A stretch of 64,000 nt of DNA from Chlamydiota bacterium (GTDB lineage: Bacteria > Chlamydiota > Chlamydiia > Chlamydiales > SM23-39). Positions 46,775 through 58,800 of the stretch are shown here, piece by piece. Position 1 is the stretch's first letter. Each line of letters opens with the position of its first letter. Under the pieces are notes generated by a model. That model ran no database searches. It saw only the letters and a program-made list of their open reading frames with translations, and was not told the DNA's origin. The translations under genes were made by a program, and so were the position numbers. The stretch is taken from assembly GCA_027366035.1 (NCBI GenBank), contig DAHXLK010000017.1, positions 8,137 through 72,136 of the forward strand, written 5' to 3'.

Positions 46775-47002
46775 AATTTTCCATGAACTGCAATAATAAA
46801 CATTTAAAAATCCGAAGAAGACCGTGTCCTTAATATAAGGATTATCATTTTCCAATTTCTTGAGTTTTTTCTCGACTGATTTGAACGATCAAATCTTAGC
46901 AAATTTACGATAGTTGTGGTTTTCGGGTACTAAATCTTCTAACCAAATAATTTCAGCTTGTTGAATGGAACCCTTCTTAAAAAACAGAAAATTGTAAAAC
47001 AT
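46775..47002 (-). pseudogene. Remnant of an IS5/IS1182-type transposase N-terminus (InsH_N-like), with an in-frame stop, fused to the umuD fragment
   Basis: The minus-strand translation reads MFYNFLFFKKGSIQQAEIIWLEDLVPENHNYRKFAKI*SFKSVEKKLKKLENDNPYIKDTVFFGFLNVYY. The L.DLVPE.H.YRK block is typical of this transposase N-domain. Confidence 0.35.
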
Positions 47003-47016
47003 CCTTGAAAAGGATT

Positions 47017-47050
47017 CCAGATTTCAACAGTCCCCTTTTGGAGGCAAGAT
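47017..47050. repeat. Isolated right end of a family-A element plus conserved flank
   Basis: ccagatttcaacagtcccc ttttggaggcaagatc matches the right end and flank of copy A4 (aaagatttcaacagtccc tttttgggggcaaggtc, 20842-20876). The rest of the element is absent. Confidence 0.7.
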
Positions 47051-47066
47051 CATATTGCATAATGTC

Positions 47067-47471
47067 TCAGATTAACTCTAAAGATTTTTGTTTTATTTTA
47101 AGGATTATTTGAGAAAGTCCGTTTGCTCGATTCATGGAGAGGCTGGAGTATATTTTTAAGTCATTTAAAAGTTTTGGTTGAAGGATAAGGATTTCCTTTA
47201 AAGGTTTTCCATTATAGATCAAGATCAAAATATATAGGAGACCCGCAGAAATAAGGGAGTTAGAAGATCCTTCGAAATAAATATTGTCTTTTTCTTTATA
47301 AGCGTGGAGGTGGACGATACTTTGACAGCCGGGGACTTGGTAGAAAGGGGTTTTGTAGATATCGGCAAGAGGGGGGAGGAGCCGGCCTAATTCGATAATT
47401 TTAGAGTAGGTCGCTTCTTTAGTGGTGCAATTTTGAAAAAGGGAATGTAATTTTTGAATCTTTTCTTCCAT
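47067..47471 (-). CDS. sufE: Cysteine desulfuration protein SufE
   Basis: 134-aa ORF. YQVPGCQSIVHL active-site Cys motif and SufE-like length. Confidence 0.85.
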   Translation of the reverse strand: MEEKIQKLHSLFQNCTTKEATYSKIIELGRLLPPLADIYKTPFYQVPGCQSIVHLHAYKEKDNIYFEGSSNSLISAGLLYILILIYNGKPLKEILILQPKLLNDLKIYSSLSMNRANGLSQIILKIKQKSLELI

Positions 47472-47571
47472 AGGATGATGCCTAAAAGTCTAACTTACAA
47501 TGCTATTAATTGTTGACATAAATGTAGAAAATATTGTTTTATAATAGCATTTTCTAGCAAGTTTTGAGGGC

Positions 47572-47790
47572 ATGTCGAAAGAAGAGACGATTAAAGTTGA
47601 TGGGAAGGTTGAAGAGCTTTTGCCCAACATGAATTTTAAAGTCTCTTTAGCAAATGGGATGCATGTCGTTGCCCACCTTTGCGGGAAAATGAGGATGAGA
47701 AATATCCGTGTATATGCCGGAGATATGGTGACGGTAGAAATGTCTCCCTATGACTTGTCGAAGGCGAGGATCATTTACAGACACAAATAG
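47572..47790 (+). CDS. infA: Translation initiation factor IF-1
   Basis: 72-aa [66 protein letters not shown]. Confidence 0.96.
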   Translation: MSKEETIKVDGKVEELLPNMNFKVSLANGMHVVAHLCGKMRMRNIRVYAGDMVTVEMSPYDLSKARIIYRHK

Positions 47791-47837
47791 TTTGATTTAA
47801 TTTATTTATAGGAGTATCGTTTTTGTCTTTGATCCAA

Positions 47838-47909
47838 GCCCAGGTAGCTCAGTGGCAGAGCACTTGCATGGTAAGCAAGAGGTCGTAGGTTCAATTCCTA
47901 TTCTGGGCA
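47838..47909 (+). tRNA. tRNA-Thr (anticodon GGT)
   Basis: Acceptor gcccagg/tctgggc. Anticodon stem cttgc/gcaag with loop atGGTaa. T-loop ttcaatt. Immediately upstream of tuf, as in other Chlamydiota. Confidence 0.9.
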
Positions 47910-47946
47910 AGATGCGTATTGTATAAATTTTGGAGGAAAAGTAGCA

Positions 47947-49131
47947 ATGGCAAAAGAAGCATTTCAGAGGACGAAACCTCACGTAAACATCGGAACTATC
48001 GGACATGTTGACCACGGTAAAACTACCCTGACCGCTGCGATCACCAAAGTACTCGCAGAAAAAGGGATGGCTAAGTTTCGTGACTACGCCTCTATCGATA
48101 ACTCTCCCGAAGAAAAAGCAAGGGGGATTACCATCAACTCTACCCACGTAGAATACCAAACCGATAAGAGACATTATGCGCACGTCGACTGCCCCGGCCA
48201 CGCCGACTATGTTAAAAATATGATCACCGGTGCAGCTCAGATGGATGGAGCTATTCTGGTAGTGGCCGCAACTGATGGTCCCATGCCTCAGACTAAAGAG
48301 CATATTCTCTTGGCAAGACAAGTAGGGGTCCCTGCCGTCGTTGTTTTCTTAAATAAGATGGATATGATTGGCAAGGGAGATGAAGAATTAGTCGACTTAG
48401 TTGAAATGGAGCTTACGGAGCTATTAGAAGCAAAAGGATATAAAAATGTCCCTATTATTCGAGGCTCAGCGTTGAAGGCACTTGAAGGCGATCCTGCTTA
48501 TGTAGAGAGTATTTGGCAGTTGATGAAAACAGTCGATGAAAAGATCCCTACACCAAAACGGGAGATCGATAAACCTTTCTTGATGCCAATTGAGGATGTC
48601 TTTTCCATATCCGGGCGAGGAACTGTAGTCACTGGCCGTATCGAAAGGGGTATATTAAAACTCAATGACAAACTTCAAATTGTAGGGCTGCGAGATACGA
48701 GAGAGACGGTAGCAACGGGGCTTGAAATGTTCAATAAAATTCTTGATGAAGCTCATGCGGGAGAAAATATCGGAGTATTGATCCGAGGTATGGAAAAGCA
48801 TGATGTCGAAAGGGGGATGGTGTTAGCTGCGCCCAATAGCTGTAAACCTCACACCCAGTTTCAAGGAGCCGTATACGTTCTAACTAAGGAAGAAGGGGGA
48901 AGGCATAAACCCTTCTTTAGCGGGTATCGTCCTCAATTTTTCTTTAGAACAACGGATGTGACGGGGACAGTAACCCTTCCAACGGGGACGGAGATGGTGA
49001 TGCCGGGAGATAATATTGAAATTTCTGCAGAACTTCTTGCTCCGGTTGCGATGGAAGAGGGGATGCGTTTTGCCATACGTGAAGGGGGCAGAACTATTGG
49101 TGCCGGTACTGTGTCAAAAATCCTCAAGTAA
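47947..49131 (+). CDS. tuf: Elongation factor Tu
   Basis: 394-aa [25 protein letters not shown]. Confidence 0.99.
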   Translation: MAKEAFQRTKPHVNIGTIGHVDHGKTTLTAAITKVLAEKGMAKFRDYASIDNSPEEKARGITINSTHVEYQTDKRHYAHVDCPGHADYVKNMITGAAQMDGAILVVAATDGPMPQTKEHILLARQVGVPAVVVFLNKMDMIGKGDEELVDLVEMELTELLEAKGYKNVPIIRGSALKALEGDPAYVESIWQLMKTVDEKIPTPKREIDKPFLMPIEDVFSISGRGTVVTGRIERGILKLNDKLQIVGLRDTRETVATGLEMFNKILDEAHAGENIGVLIRGMEKHDVERGMVLAAPNSCKPHTQFQGAVYVLTKEEGGRHKPFFSGYRPQFFFRTTDVTGTVTLPTGTEMVMPGDNIEISAELLAPVAMEEGMRFAIREGGRTIGAGTVSKILK

Positions 49132-49138
49132 AATTGCA

Positions 49139-49211
49139 GGGTGTGTAGCTCAGCTGGTAGAGCAGCGATCTCCAAAGTCGCCGGTCGGGGGTTCGAGTCC
49201 CTCCGCACTCG
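49139..49211 (+). tRNA. tRNA-Trp (anticodon CCA)
   Basis: Acceptor gggtgtg/cgcactc (two G-U pairs). D-arm gctcagctggtagagc. Anticodon loop ctCCAaa. T-loop ttcgagt. Confidence 0.88.
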
Positions 49212-49235
49212 TTTATAAAGGAAAAAAAATAAACT

Positions 49236-49475
49236 ATGACGGCAATTTTGACAACGGCACCGGCTAAAGAAAAGAAGAAAAAATATCCCTTTTTTCGAGA
49301 GGTACAGCAAGAACTATCTAAAGTTTCTTGGACGACTAAAGAGGAGATACAGTTGTGTACGAAAGTGGTAGTTTTTTCTACTTTTGCCTTTGGGCTGGCT
49401 ATCTACCTAACTGACTTGGCATTGCGGGGAGTATTAAATCTGATATTTCTCATAGGGAGAGGGATCGGCGGATAG
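49236..49475 (+). CDS. secE: Preprotein translocase subunit SecE
   Basis: 79-aa ORF. FFREVQQELSKVSWTTKEE followed by a single TM. Conserved position before nusG. Confidence 0.9.
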   Translation: MTAILTTAPAKEKKKKYPFFREVQQELSKVSWTTKEEIQLCTKVVVFSTFAFGLAIYLTDLALRGVLNLIFLIGRGIGG

Positions 49476-50012
49476 ATGCATAAGTGGTATGTAATACAGG
49501 TGATGGCAGGCCAGGAAAAAAAGACAAAAAAAGCTATCGAGGATAATCGTGGAACCAAAGAGATGCTCGACCTTATTTCAGAGGTTCTTATCCCTACTGA
49601 AAATGTCTCCGAGGTGAAGAAAGGGGAGCAGAAAGTAAGCGAAAAAAAGATTTGGCCGGGATACCTTTTAATTAAAATGGCTTTAACTGATGAGTCGTGG
49701 GTCTATGTGAAACATTCCACCGGAGTTTTAGACTTTTTAGGAGGAGACAAACCTACAGCGTTATCGGACAAAGAGGTGGGGGATATTTTAAAAGATCTTG
49801 AAGAGAAGAAACAAGGGGTCGTTCAAAAACATAAATTTACTATCGGCGATAAGGTGAAGATCACGGATGGGGTATTCGTCAATTTTGTCGGAACCGTGAC
49901 CGAGGTATTTCATGATAAAGGGAGGCTTAGCGTCCTTGTTTCCATTTTTGGAAGAGATACTAGAGTTGATGATTTAGAATTCTGGCAGGTAGAACAAGTA
50001 ACAGGCGATTAG
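49476..50012 (+). CDS. nusG: Transcription termination/antitermination factor NusG
   Basis: 178-aa [17 protein letters not shown]... NGN domain and a C-terminal KOW ([21 protein letters not shown]). Confidence 0.96.
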   Translation: MHKWYVIQVMAGQEKKTKKAIEDNRGTKEMLDLISEVLIPTENVSEVKKGEQKVSEKKIWPGYLLIKMALTDESWVYVKHSTGVLDFLGGDKPTALSDKEVGDILKDLEEKKQGVVQKHKFTIGDKVKITDGVFVNFVGTVTEVFHDKGRLSVLVSIFGRDTRVDDLEFWQVEQVTGD

Positions 50013-50016
50013 AAAT

Positions 50017-50445
50017 ATGGCAAAAAAATTGTTAAAAGTAGTCAAGCTGCAAATTCCTGCAGGAAAAGCGAATCCGGCTCCCCCAATAGGACCGGCCCTT
50101 GGTTCTGCCGGGGTGAATATCATGGCTTTTTGTAAAGATTTTAATGCCAAGACACAAGATAAAGCAGGAGACATCTTGCCCGTCATTATCAATGTATATC
50201 AAGATAAGAGCTTTACCTTTGAAACCAAAGAGCCTCCTGTTTCCCGGATGATTTTAAAAGAGCTTGGGTTAGAGTCGGGATCCGGAGTTCCCAACCGAGA
50301 TAAAATAGGGAAATTAAAAAGATCTCAAGTACGAGGCATTGTCCAAAAAAAAGCCCCCGACTTACGAGTAGCTTCTCCTGAGGCTGCTGAAAAGTTAATC
50401 ATGGGAACAGCGAGATCTATGGGTGTGGATATTATCGAGGATTAA
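50017..50445 (+). CDS. rplK: 50S ribosomal protein L11
   Basis: 142-aa [23 protein letters not shown]. Confidence 0.98.
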   Translation: MAKKLLKVVKLQIPAGKANPAPPIGPALGSAGVNIMAFCKDFNAKTQDKAGDILPVIINVYQDKSFTFETKEPPVSRMILKELGLESGSGVPNRDKIGKLKRSQVRGIVQKKAPDLRVASPEAAEKLIMGTARSMGVDIIED

Positions 50446-50446
50446 T

Positions 50447-51142
50447 ATGAAATACGTATCGAAGAGAAAAAAAAATATAGCTGCTATTTTTGATCCTTTA
50501 AAGTTTTATAAGCTTGAAGATGCGATTGCAATTTTAAAGAAATGCCCTTCTTTGAAGTTTGATTCTTCTGTAGATGTAGCTATTAAAGTTGGTGTCGACA
50601 CTTCTAAATCCGAGCAGATGGTGCGAGGTACTGTCTCTCTCCCTCATGGGACGGGAAAAAAGATAGTAATACTTGTTTTTGCCAAAGGGGAAAAAGCGAA
50701 AGAGGCTCTAGATGCCGGAGCCGATTATGCCGGAGCTGAAGATCTGTTAGAAAAGGTAAAAAATGGATGGACCGATTTTGATGCGGTCATCTCTACCCCT
50801 GATATGATGAGGGAGGTAGGCAAGCTGGGGAAAGTTTTAGGTCCAAAAGGGTTGATGCCTACACCAAAGGCAGGGACGGTTACCAACGATCTAGTTAAAG
50901 CTATCCAAGAGATGAAGGCGGGTAAGATCGAATTTAAAATGGATAAAGGCGGAGTAATTCAAAATGCGATTGGCAAGCTCTCCTTTGAGGATAAAAACTT
51001 AAAGGAAAACGCTACGGTCTATTTTCAAACGATTTTGAGATCGAGACCACCTGCTGCAAAAGGGACATTTATCCACTCCTTTATCCTCACCTCGACAATG
51101 GGACCAGGACTTAAGATTGACACAAGCGGATGGGTGGCATGA
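50447..51142 (+). CDS. rplA: 50S ribosomal protein L1
   Basis: Start taken at [10 protein letters not shown] (ATG 50447), just after the rplK stop. [26 protein letters not shown]. Confidence 0.96.
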   Translation: MKYVSKRKKNIAAIFDPLKFYKLEDAIAILKKCPSLKFDSSVDVAIKVGVDTSKSEQMVRGTVSLPHGTGKKIVILVFAKGEKAKEALDAGADYAGAEDLLEKVKNGWTDFDAVISTPDMMREVGKLGKVLGPKGLMPTPKAGTVTNDLVKAIQEMKAGKIEFKMDKGGVIQNAIGKLSFEDKNLKENATVYFQTILRSRPPAAKGTFIHSFILTSTMGPGLKIDTSGWVA

Positions 51143-51648
51143 GAAAAGAAAAACAATTTTTACTGGATGATTTCGAAGAAAAGTTGCAAGGGGCAAAGGC
51201 GATTATCGTTGCGAAATATAGTAGTATTGAGCCCAATCTTTCGTGGCAATTTCGAAAGGACCTTGCTCAGTGTGACAGCTCTCTTACTGTGGTAAAGAAA
51301 AGTATATTTTTAAAAGCTTTAAAGAAAATTGGCCTGACGACTACAGAGGAAGCTCTTGAAGGAAATATAGGGTTTATCACTTCCGAAGAAGATCCCCTTC
51401 CGATGACCAAAGTCGTTAGCAAATTTATAAGCGATTACGAAGGGAAACTAGAGGTTCTTTTTGGCCGAGTTGAAGGGCAAAAAATTACCGGTAAAGATGT
51501 GCAGGTGCTAGCCAAACTCCCCCCTCTCAATGAAATGAGAGCTATTTTCTTAGGTCTCTTAACAGCTCCGATGAGCGGGGTTCTGAGTGTTATGGAGAGT
51601 GTGCTAACTAGCCTAGTCTATGCGATAGAAAATAAATCAACTAAATGA
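51139..51648 (+). CDS. rplJ: 50S ribosomal protein L10
   Basis: Start taken at MRKEKQ (ATGA overlap with the rplA stop). Position between rplA and rplL. Confidence 0.9.
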   Translation: MRKEKQFLLDDFEEKLQGAKAIIVAKYSSIEPNLSWQFRKDLAQCDSSLTVVKKSIFLKALKKIGLTTTEEALEGNIGFITSEEDPLPMTKVVSKFISDYEGKLEVLFGRVEGQKITGKDVQVLAKLPPLNEMRAIFLGLLTAPMSGVLSVMESVLTSLVYAIENKSTK

Positions 51649-51658
51649 GGTAAAAGCC

Positions 51659-52057
51659 GTGAGTACGCAAAATATTGAAGAAATTGTAGAGCTACTAAGT
51701 AAGCTCTCTGTCTTGGATTTATCCAAATTAAAGACTGCTTTAGAGGATAAATGGGGAGTAAAAGCTGCCGCTGCCGTTGCTGTAGCCCAAGCTCCTCAAG
51801 CAGCTGTCGGAGAAGCAGCCCCTGCCGCTTCCGAATCTACCGACTTTAAAGTAACTTTGGAGGAAGCTGCCAATGATAAAAAAATTGGGGTGATTAAAGT
51901 TGTCAGAGAGGTGACGGGCCTTGGGCTCAAAGAGGCGAAAGATATCGTTGAAGGAGCCCCAAAAGTTTTGAAAGAGTCTGCTCCTAAAGCAGAGGCAGAA
52001 GAGATTTCAAAAAAGATCTCGGCCGCTGGCGGAAAAGTCTCTCTTAAAGGTCTATAA
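51659..52057 (+). CDS. rplL: 50S ribosomal protein L7/L12
   Basis: 132-aa ORF (GTG start). Ala-rich hinge. C-terminal domain [27 protein letters not shown]. Confidence 0.97.
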   Translation: MSTQNIEEIVELLSKLSVLDLSKLKTALEDKWGVKAAAAVAVAQAPQAAVGEAAPAASESTDFKVTLEEAANDKKIGVIKVVREVTGLGLKEAKDIVEGAPKVLKESAPKAEAEEISKKISAAGGKVSLKGL

Positions 52058-52085
52058 AGAATTTACTTTAAAGGAGGGATAGTAG

Positions 52086-55000
52086 ATGCAGAAAAAACTG
52101 CCTAAGCGTTTGAGCTTCAAGAAAAAAGAGGAGATTATCGATCTCCCTAACCTTATAGAAATACAGGTCAAATCTTATACCCAGTTCTTGCAAGCCAATC
52201 TCTTGCCTCATGAAAGAGAATCTATCGGGTTACAGGAAGTCTTTAACGAGATTTTTCCGATCAAATCTTATGATGAAAAGACTTCTTTGGAGTTTCTTTC
52301 TTATAATTTGGGAGTTCCCAAATATACTCCTGATGAGAGTATTCGTAGAGGCATCACTTATAACGTCACTTTAAAGGTAAAGTTTCGCCTTACCGACGAA
52401 ACGGGTATTAAAGAAGAAGAGGTCTATATGGGGACAATCCCGGTAATGACCGAAGAGGGGACTTTTATTATAAATGGAGCAGAAAGGGTCATTGTCTCTC
52501 AACTACACCGATCTCCCGGTATATCTTTTGAGCAAGAGAGGCACTCCAAGGGAAACATCCTCTACTCTTTTAGAATTATCCCTTATCGAGGGAGCTGGTT
52601 AGAAGCATCCTTTGATATCAACGACATGATCTATGTCTATATGGATAGAAAAAAGAGGAGGAGGAAGATTTTGGGAACATCTTTTATCCGTACCCTTGGT
52701 TATTCTAGTGATGCCGATATTATCGAAGAATTTTTTGACACGCAGAAGGTAAAGATCAAAAATGAGAAAGATTTTATCAAGCTCGTTGGAAAAATTTTAG
52801 CCGAAGATGTGATCGATGAGACCTCTGGGCTCGTTTATGGAAAGGCAAAAGAGAAACTGACGACCGCAATGCTCAAACGAATGTTGGATAGTGGTATTCA
52901 AGCGATTCGGATTGCCGAAAATGCTGATGAGACACATCCGATTATCCGAATGCTTGCTAAAGATACGACAGATTCTTATGAGTCTGCCTTGAAAGATTTT
53001 TATAGAAAAATCCGTCCCGGTGAGCCGGCAACCCTTGCAAATGCTAGATCGACGATCATGCGCCTTTTCTTCGATTCTAAACGGTATAATTTGGGAAAAG
53101 TCGGTCGTTACAAACTTAACCGAAAATTAGATTTAGGTGTTTCGGATGAAGAGCTAAACAACATTACTTTAAGAAAAGAAGACATCATCCATGCGATTAA
53201 ATACCTCATTCGTTTACGAATGGGGGATGAGAAAGCGTTGATTGATGATATTGACCATTTGGGCAACCGTAGGGTTCGCTCGGTTGGAGAGCTCATACAA
53301 AATCAATGTCGTATTGGACTGGCCCGTATGGAAAAGATTATTAAAGAGAGGATGAATCTTTTTGATTTTTCTTCCGACACCATGACACCGGGGAAAATTA
53401 TTTCTGCCAAAGGATTAGTAGGAGTATTGAAAGATTTTTTTGGAAGATCTCAGCTCTCTCAATTTATGGATCAGACCAATCCGATTTCAGAACTTACCCA
53501 TAAAAGGAGGCTTTCTTGTCTAGGACCCGGAGGGTTGAATCGCGAGCGTGCAGGCTTTGAAGTTCGTGACGTGCATGCCTCTCACTATGGGAGAATTTGT
53601 CCTATTGAAACCCCTGAAGGGCCAAATATCGGTCTTATTACCTCCCTTTCTACTTTTGCTAAAATCAACGAATTTGGTTTTATCGAAACTCCTTATAGGA
53701 TAGTCCGTGAAGGGGTGGTTACCGATGAGATCGAATACATGACGGCAGATCAGGAAGAAAATTATGTTATTGCCCAAGCTTCTGTAGAATTAGATGAGCA
53801 CAACTGTTTTGTCAATAAAATTTGCTGGGGAAGATCAAAAGGGGAACCGAATGAAGTAGATACCTCTTTAGTGACCCATATGGATGTATCTCCCAAGCAG
53901 ATTGTCTCGATTGTGGCAGGTCTTATCCCTTTTTTAGAACACGACGACGCTAACCGGGCACTTATGGGCTCGAACATGCAAAGGCAAGCGGTCCCTCTCA
54001 TGAAGACTGAAGCGCCTATTGTAGGGACCGGTTTAGAAGCTAGGACGGCGAAAGACTCCGGAGCTGTTGTCATTGCAGAGGAAGATGGAATTATCGATTA
54101 TGTGGATGGGTTTAAAATTGTCATCGCTCCTAAAGATAATCCGATGAACAAGCGGACCTATCCATTAAAAAAGTTTATGCGTTCTAATGCAGGAACCTGT
54201 ATCAACCAAACTCCCCTTTGTCACGTAGGAGAAAAGATACGAGCGGGGGATGTGATTGCGGATGGCCCTGCTACCGAAAATGGGGAGATGGCTTTGGGGA
54301 AAAACGTCCTGGTCGCTTTTATGCCGTGGTGTGGCTATAACTATGAAGACGCTATCATCATCTCTGAAAAACTGATTAAAGAAGATACCTATACTTCGAT
54401 CTATTTAGAAGAATTTGAACTCACAGCCAGAGATACCAAGCTAGGGAAAGAGGAGATCACCCGTGATATCCCTAATGTCTCAGAAGAGGCCCTTGCTAAT
54501 CTAGGGGAAGATGGGATTATTCGCATTGGGGCCGAAGTGAAGCCCGGCGATATCCTAGTTGGAAAAATCACCCCAAAATCGGAAACCGAACTTTCTCCTG
54601 AAGAGAGGCTACTTCGAGCGATTTTTGGTGAAAAAGCAGCCGATGTCCGTGATGCTTCTTTAACGGCTCCTCCGGGGACAGAAGGGGTGGTCATGGATGT
54701 CAAAGTTTTTTCCAGAAAAGACCGTCTTTCCAAAACTGATGACGAACTTGTCGAAGAAACGAGCCGGATCAAAGATATCCATATCGATTACAAGACAAAA
54801 GAGGCCGAACTCCAAATGGAATTTCATGAAAAGTTAGGAGCGTTGTTATTAGGAGAAAAGCTCCTTCATCCGATCCTTCATCGAAAAACAGCCGAGGTGA
54901 TTATCGCAGAAGGGGCGGAGATCACCCAAGAGATGTTAGAGGTCCTAGAAAGTGAAAAGGCCGAAGATCTCATCATGCCGGAGCAAGAGCTGTATACGGA

Positions 55001-55862
55001 ACTAAGGAAGATCCTCCGTCAATATGACCACGACTTGCAAGTGCTGCAAACAGCTCATAAGGCAGAAATTGAATTTACTCGAAAAGGGGATACCGATTTA
55101 GACCCGGGAGTTATTCGTCAAGTGAAAGTTTATATCGCTACCAAGAGAAAGTTGCAGGTAGGAGATAAAATGGCCGGACGCCATGGCAATAAAGGGGTTA
55201 TCGCTAAACTAGTCCCAGAAGCCGACATGCCTTACCTTGAAAATGGAGATACAATAGAGATCATCTTAAATCCACTTGGCGTACCTTCTCGTATGAATAT
55301 GGGGCAGCTTTTAGAGACTCATCTTGGCTACGCGGCTAAAAAGGCAGGGATCTATGTGAAGAGTTCTGTCTTCGAAGGATTCCCTGAGTCCCGCATCTGG
55401 GAAATGATGAAAGAGCAAAAGATCTCAGAAGATGGAAAAATGTATCTTTACGATGGTAGGTCGGGAGAGAGATTTGATAGCCGTGTCGTTGTAGGCTATA
55501 TCTACATGTTAAAGCTAAGCCATCTGGTTGCCGATAAGATTCACGCCAGGTCCATTGGTCCCTACTCTCTTGTCACTCAACAGCCTCTTGGAGGTAAAGC
55601 ACAAATGGGGGGACAGCGATTTGGAGAAATGGAGGTATGGGCATTAGAGGCTTATGGCGCCGCCCATCTATTACAGGAGATGCTCACCGTTAAATCGGAC
55701 GATGTAGCCGGAAGAACCCGTATCTATGAATCCATTGTCAAAGGAGAGAATACTTTGAACGCCGGGACGCCGGAATCGTTCAATGTACTTGTGAAGGAGA
55801 TGCAAGGATTATGCCTAGATATTCGAACAGAATATGTTGAAGAAGGAGCTGTAAATGTTTGA
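52086..55862 (+). CDS. rpoB: DNA-directed RNA polymerase subunit beta
   Basis: 1258-aa ORF with conserved blocks ([42 protein letters not shown]). Confidence 0.99.
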   Translation: MQKKLPKRLSFKKKEEIIDLPNLIEIQVKSYTQFLQANLLPHERESIGLQEVFNEIFPIKSYDEKTSLEFLSYNLGVPKYTPDESIRRGITYNVTLKVKFRLTDETGIKEEEVYMGTIPVMTEEGTFIINGAERVIVSQLHRSPGISFEQERHSKGNILYSFRIIPYRGSWLEASFDINDMIYVYMDRKKRRRKILGTSFIRTLGYSSDADIIEEFFDTQKVKIKNEKDFIKLVGKILAEDVIDETSGLVYGKAKEKLTTAMLKRMLDSGIQAIRIAENADETHPIIRMLAKDTTDSYESALKDFYRKIRPGEPATLANARSTIMRLFFDSKRYNLGKVGRYKLNRKLDLGVSDEELNNITLRKEDIIHAIKYLIRLRMGDEKALIDDIDHLGNRRVRSVGELIQNQCRIGLARMEKIIKERMNLFDFSSDTMTPGKIISAKGLVGVLKDFFGRSQLSQFMDQTNPISELTHKRRLSCLGPGGLNRERAGFEVRDVHASHYGRICPIETPEGPNIGLITSLSTFAKINEFGFIETPYRIVREGVVTDEIEYMTADQEENYVIAQASVELDEHNCFVNKICWGRSKGEPNEVDTSLVTHMDVSPKQIVSIVAGLIPFLEHDDANRALMGSNMQRQAVPLMKTEAPIVGTGLEARTAKDSGAVVIAEEDGIIDYVDGFKIVIAPKDNPMNKRTYPLKKFMRSNAGTCINQTPLCHVGEKIRAGDVIADGPATENGEMALGKNVLVAFMPWCGYNYEDAIIISEKLIKEDTYTSIYLEEFELTARDTKLGKEEITRDIPNVSEEALANLGEDGIIRIGAEVKPGDILVGKITPKSETELSPEERLLRAIFGEKAADVRDASLTAPPGTEGVVMDVKVFSRKDRLSKTDDELVEETSRIKDIHIDYKTKEAELQMEFHEKLGALLLGEKLLHPILHRKTAEVIIAEGAEITQEMLEVLESEKAEDLIMPEQELYTELRKILRQYDHDLQVLQTAHKAEIEFTRKGDTDLDPGVIRQVKVYIATKRKLQVGDKMAGRHGNKGVIAKLVPEADMPYLENGDTIEIILNPLGVPSRMNMGQLLETHLGYAAKKAGIYVKSSVFEGFPESRIWEMMKEQKISEDGKMYLYDGRSGERFDSRVVVGYIYMLKLSHLVADKIHARSIGPYSLVTQQPLGGKAQMGGQRFGEMEVWALEAYGAAHLLQEMLTVKSDDVAGRTRIYESIVKGENTLNAGTPESFNVLVKEMQGLCLDIRTEYVEEGAVNV

Positions 55863-58800
55863 TGAGGATTTCAAAGGTTCTCAATTTGATAAGTTGACCA
55901 TCAAGATCGCCTCTGAAGATGTCATCCGAACCGGTTGGTCTCGTGGAGAGATTAAAAAACCGGAGACCATCAACTATAGGACGTTTAAACCTGAAAAAGG
56001 GGGCCTTTTTTGTGAAAAGATTTTTGGTCCTACCAGAGATTGGGAGTGTGCTTGCGGTAAATATAAAAAGATCAAGCACAAAGGAATTGTTTGCGATCGT
56101 TGCGGCGTCGAGGTGACCCTTTCGAAAGTAAGAAGGGAGAGGATGGCTCATATCGATCTTGCCGTTCCTGTCGTCCATATCTGGTTTTTTAAAACGATGC
56201 CTTCTAGGATCGGCAATATTCTAGGTCTTTCCACTTCTGATTTGGAGCGTGTTATCTATTATGAAGAGTTTATCGTCACCGATCCCGGCAGGACCGATCT
56301 TACCAAAAAACAGCTTCTTAATGACAACGAATTCCGCGAAGCGCAAGATAAATGGGGAACCGACTCTTTTACAGTTAAAATGGGGGGAGAGGCGATTGCC
56401 GAGCTCCTCAAAACCGAAGATCTATCCCTTTTAATCCTTGATCTCAAAGAAAAGCTCAAGAAAACAAAATCGATGCAAGCAAGGGTAAAGCTTGCTAAAC
56501 GGTTAAAGATTATCGAAGGTTTTCAATCCTCCCCTAACAAATCCGACTGGATGGTCCTTTCCTGCGTTCCTGTCATCCCTCCCGACCTTAGACCTTTGGT
56601 CCCTCTCGATGGAGGAAGATTTGCTACTTCAGATCTCAACGATCTTTATCGAAGAGTTATCAACCGGAACAATCGTTTGAAATCGATTCTCAAGCTCAAA
56701 ACTCCCGATGTGATCATCCGCAATGAAAAGAGGATGCTCCAAGAGGCAGTCGATGCACTTTTCGATAACGGAAGGCATGGGCATCCTGTGATGGGAGCAG
56801 GGAATAGGCCGCTAAAAGCCCTGTCTGAGATGTTGAAAGGTAAGCAAGGGAGGTTTCGACAAAACTTGCTAGGAAAAAGGGTCGATTATTCCGGAAGGTC
56901 GGTCATCGTGGTAGGTCCTGAGCTTAGGTTTAACCAGTGTGGATTGCCAAAGCAGATGGCTCTAGAGCTTTTTGAACCCTTCATCGTAAAAAGGCTCAAA
57001 GATTTAAACTATGTCTATACCATCCGTAGTGCTAAAAAGATGATCCAAAAACAATCGACAGAAGTTTGGGATGTGTTGGAGGAGATCATCAAAGGGCATC
57101 CCGTACTCCTCAACCGGGCCCCTACCCTTCACCGTTTAGGGATCCAGGCATTTGAACCTGTCCTTATCGAAGGGAAAGCGATCCGTATCCATCCTTTAGT
57201 AACACCGGCTTTTAATGCCGATTTTGATGGAGATCAGATGGCGGTCCATGTCCCTCTATCGATTGAAGCCCAGTTGGAGACCAAGCTCCTTATGATGGCG
57301 CCGGATAATATTTTCCTCCCTTCTTCAGGGAAGCCGGTAGCTGTTCCTAGTCAAGATATGATTTTAGGCCTCTATTATTTGATGCATGATCCTATCGTGA
57401 TTGCTGAGGAACATGGGCGTAAGACCAAAATCTTCTCTTCTCCGGCGGAGGTTCTAGTCGCTATGGATGCTTCCGGAAGCTATAACTGGTTTAACGGAAA
57501 GGATAATCTGACAAGGCGTGATGATTTAGGCTTTGGGATCCATATCCATGAGAAAATCAAAGTGCTTATCGATGGTGGCATTATTGAGACTACCCCCGGA
57601 AGGGTTCTTTTCAATACGATTGTCCCTAAAGAGTTGGGCTTTCAAAACTATGCTCTGCGTAAGAAAAGACTTTCCGAGCTAGTTTTAGAATGTAATAAGA
57701 AGGTAGGACTAGAGGCAACGGTCCAATTTCTCGATAATATGAAGGCTCTTGGTTTTGCGAAGGCAACCAAAGCGGCCCTTTCCATGGGCGTCTGCGATGT
57801 CCGTATCCCTGCGAACAAACAAAAAATAATTGATGAAGCCAACAAACGGGTGGCCAAAGTAAAAAAACAATATGATGATGGGATTATTACTGAAAAAGAG
57901 CGAAAATCCAAAATTATCAGTATTTGGACCGAAGTTACCGACTACCTCTCTGAAGAGTTATTCAAACTCTTAAAAGAGGTCTCAGCAGATGGGCTTAATC
58001 CCCTTTATTTGATGATGGATTCGGGAGCACGTGGTAACCGTTCGCAGGTACAACAGCTGGGTGCCCTTCGTGGATTGATGGCAAAACCTTCTAGAGAGAT
58101 CATCGAATCTCCTATTACGGCAAATTTCCGTGAAGGGTTAACGGTATTGGAATATTGGATTTCTACTCACGGTGCCCGTAAAGGTCTTGCCGATACGGCC
58201 CTAAAGACTGCCGACTCCGGATATCTTACCCGAAGACTTGTCGACGTATCGCAAGATGTGATCATCACCGAAGAAGATTGTGGTACCTTAAATGGGATAG
58301 AAGTTTCTGCGATCAAACAAGGACAAGAGGAGCTCCTCCCTTTAAAAGACCGTATTTTTGGAAGGGCTACTTGCGATCCTATCTTCCTTCCGGGGGATAG
58401 TACCAAACAGCTTGCTAAAACTAACGAAGTCCTTACTATGCTCCAATCCGAAGCTATTGATGATGCAGGTATTGAAACCATCCGTATCCGTTCTGTCCTT
58501 ACTTGTGAGAGTAGGAGGGGTGCCTGTGCAAAATGTTACGGCCTGAATCTGGCAACAGGGAATTTGGTAGGCTTTGGCGAAGCGGTGGGGATTATCGCTG
58601 CCCAATCGATTGGGGAACCCGGCACACAGCTTACGATGAGGACCTTCCACTCCGGAGGTATTGCCTCTACTTTGTTAAGTCCCGAACTTCTCTCTGATTT
58701 TGATGGTATTTTAGTCTATATCGATTTGAGAACGGTACAAGATGAAGAAGGGCATTGGTTAGCTCTTAATAAAAATGGCTCTATCCATATCGTCCGGGAT

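Noticed and set aside
47513-47545. Consensus TTGACA (47513-47518) and TATAAT (47540-47545) upstream of infA, considered as a sigma-70-type promoter.
   Set aside because: The spacer is 21 nt, outside the functional 16-19 nt range. The hexamers may belong to different or divergent promoters, so this cannot be supported without mapping.
47806-48321. A 171-aa minus-strand ORF overlapping tRNA-Thr and the 5' part of tuf.
   Set aside because: It is antisense to a highly conserved gene and a tRNA, and has no recognisable motifs. This is a typical shadow ORF.
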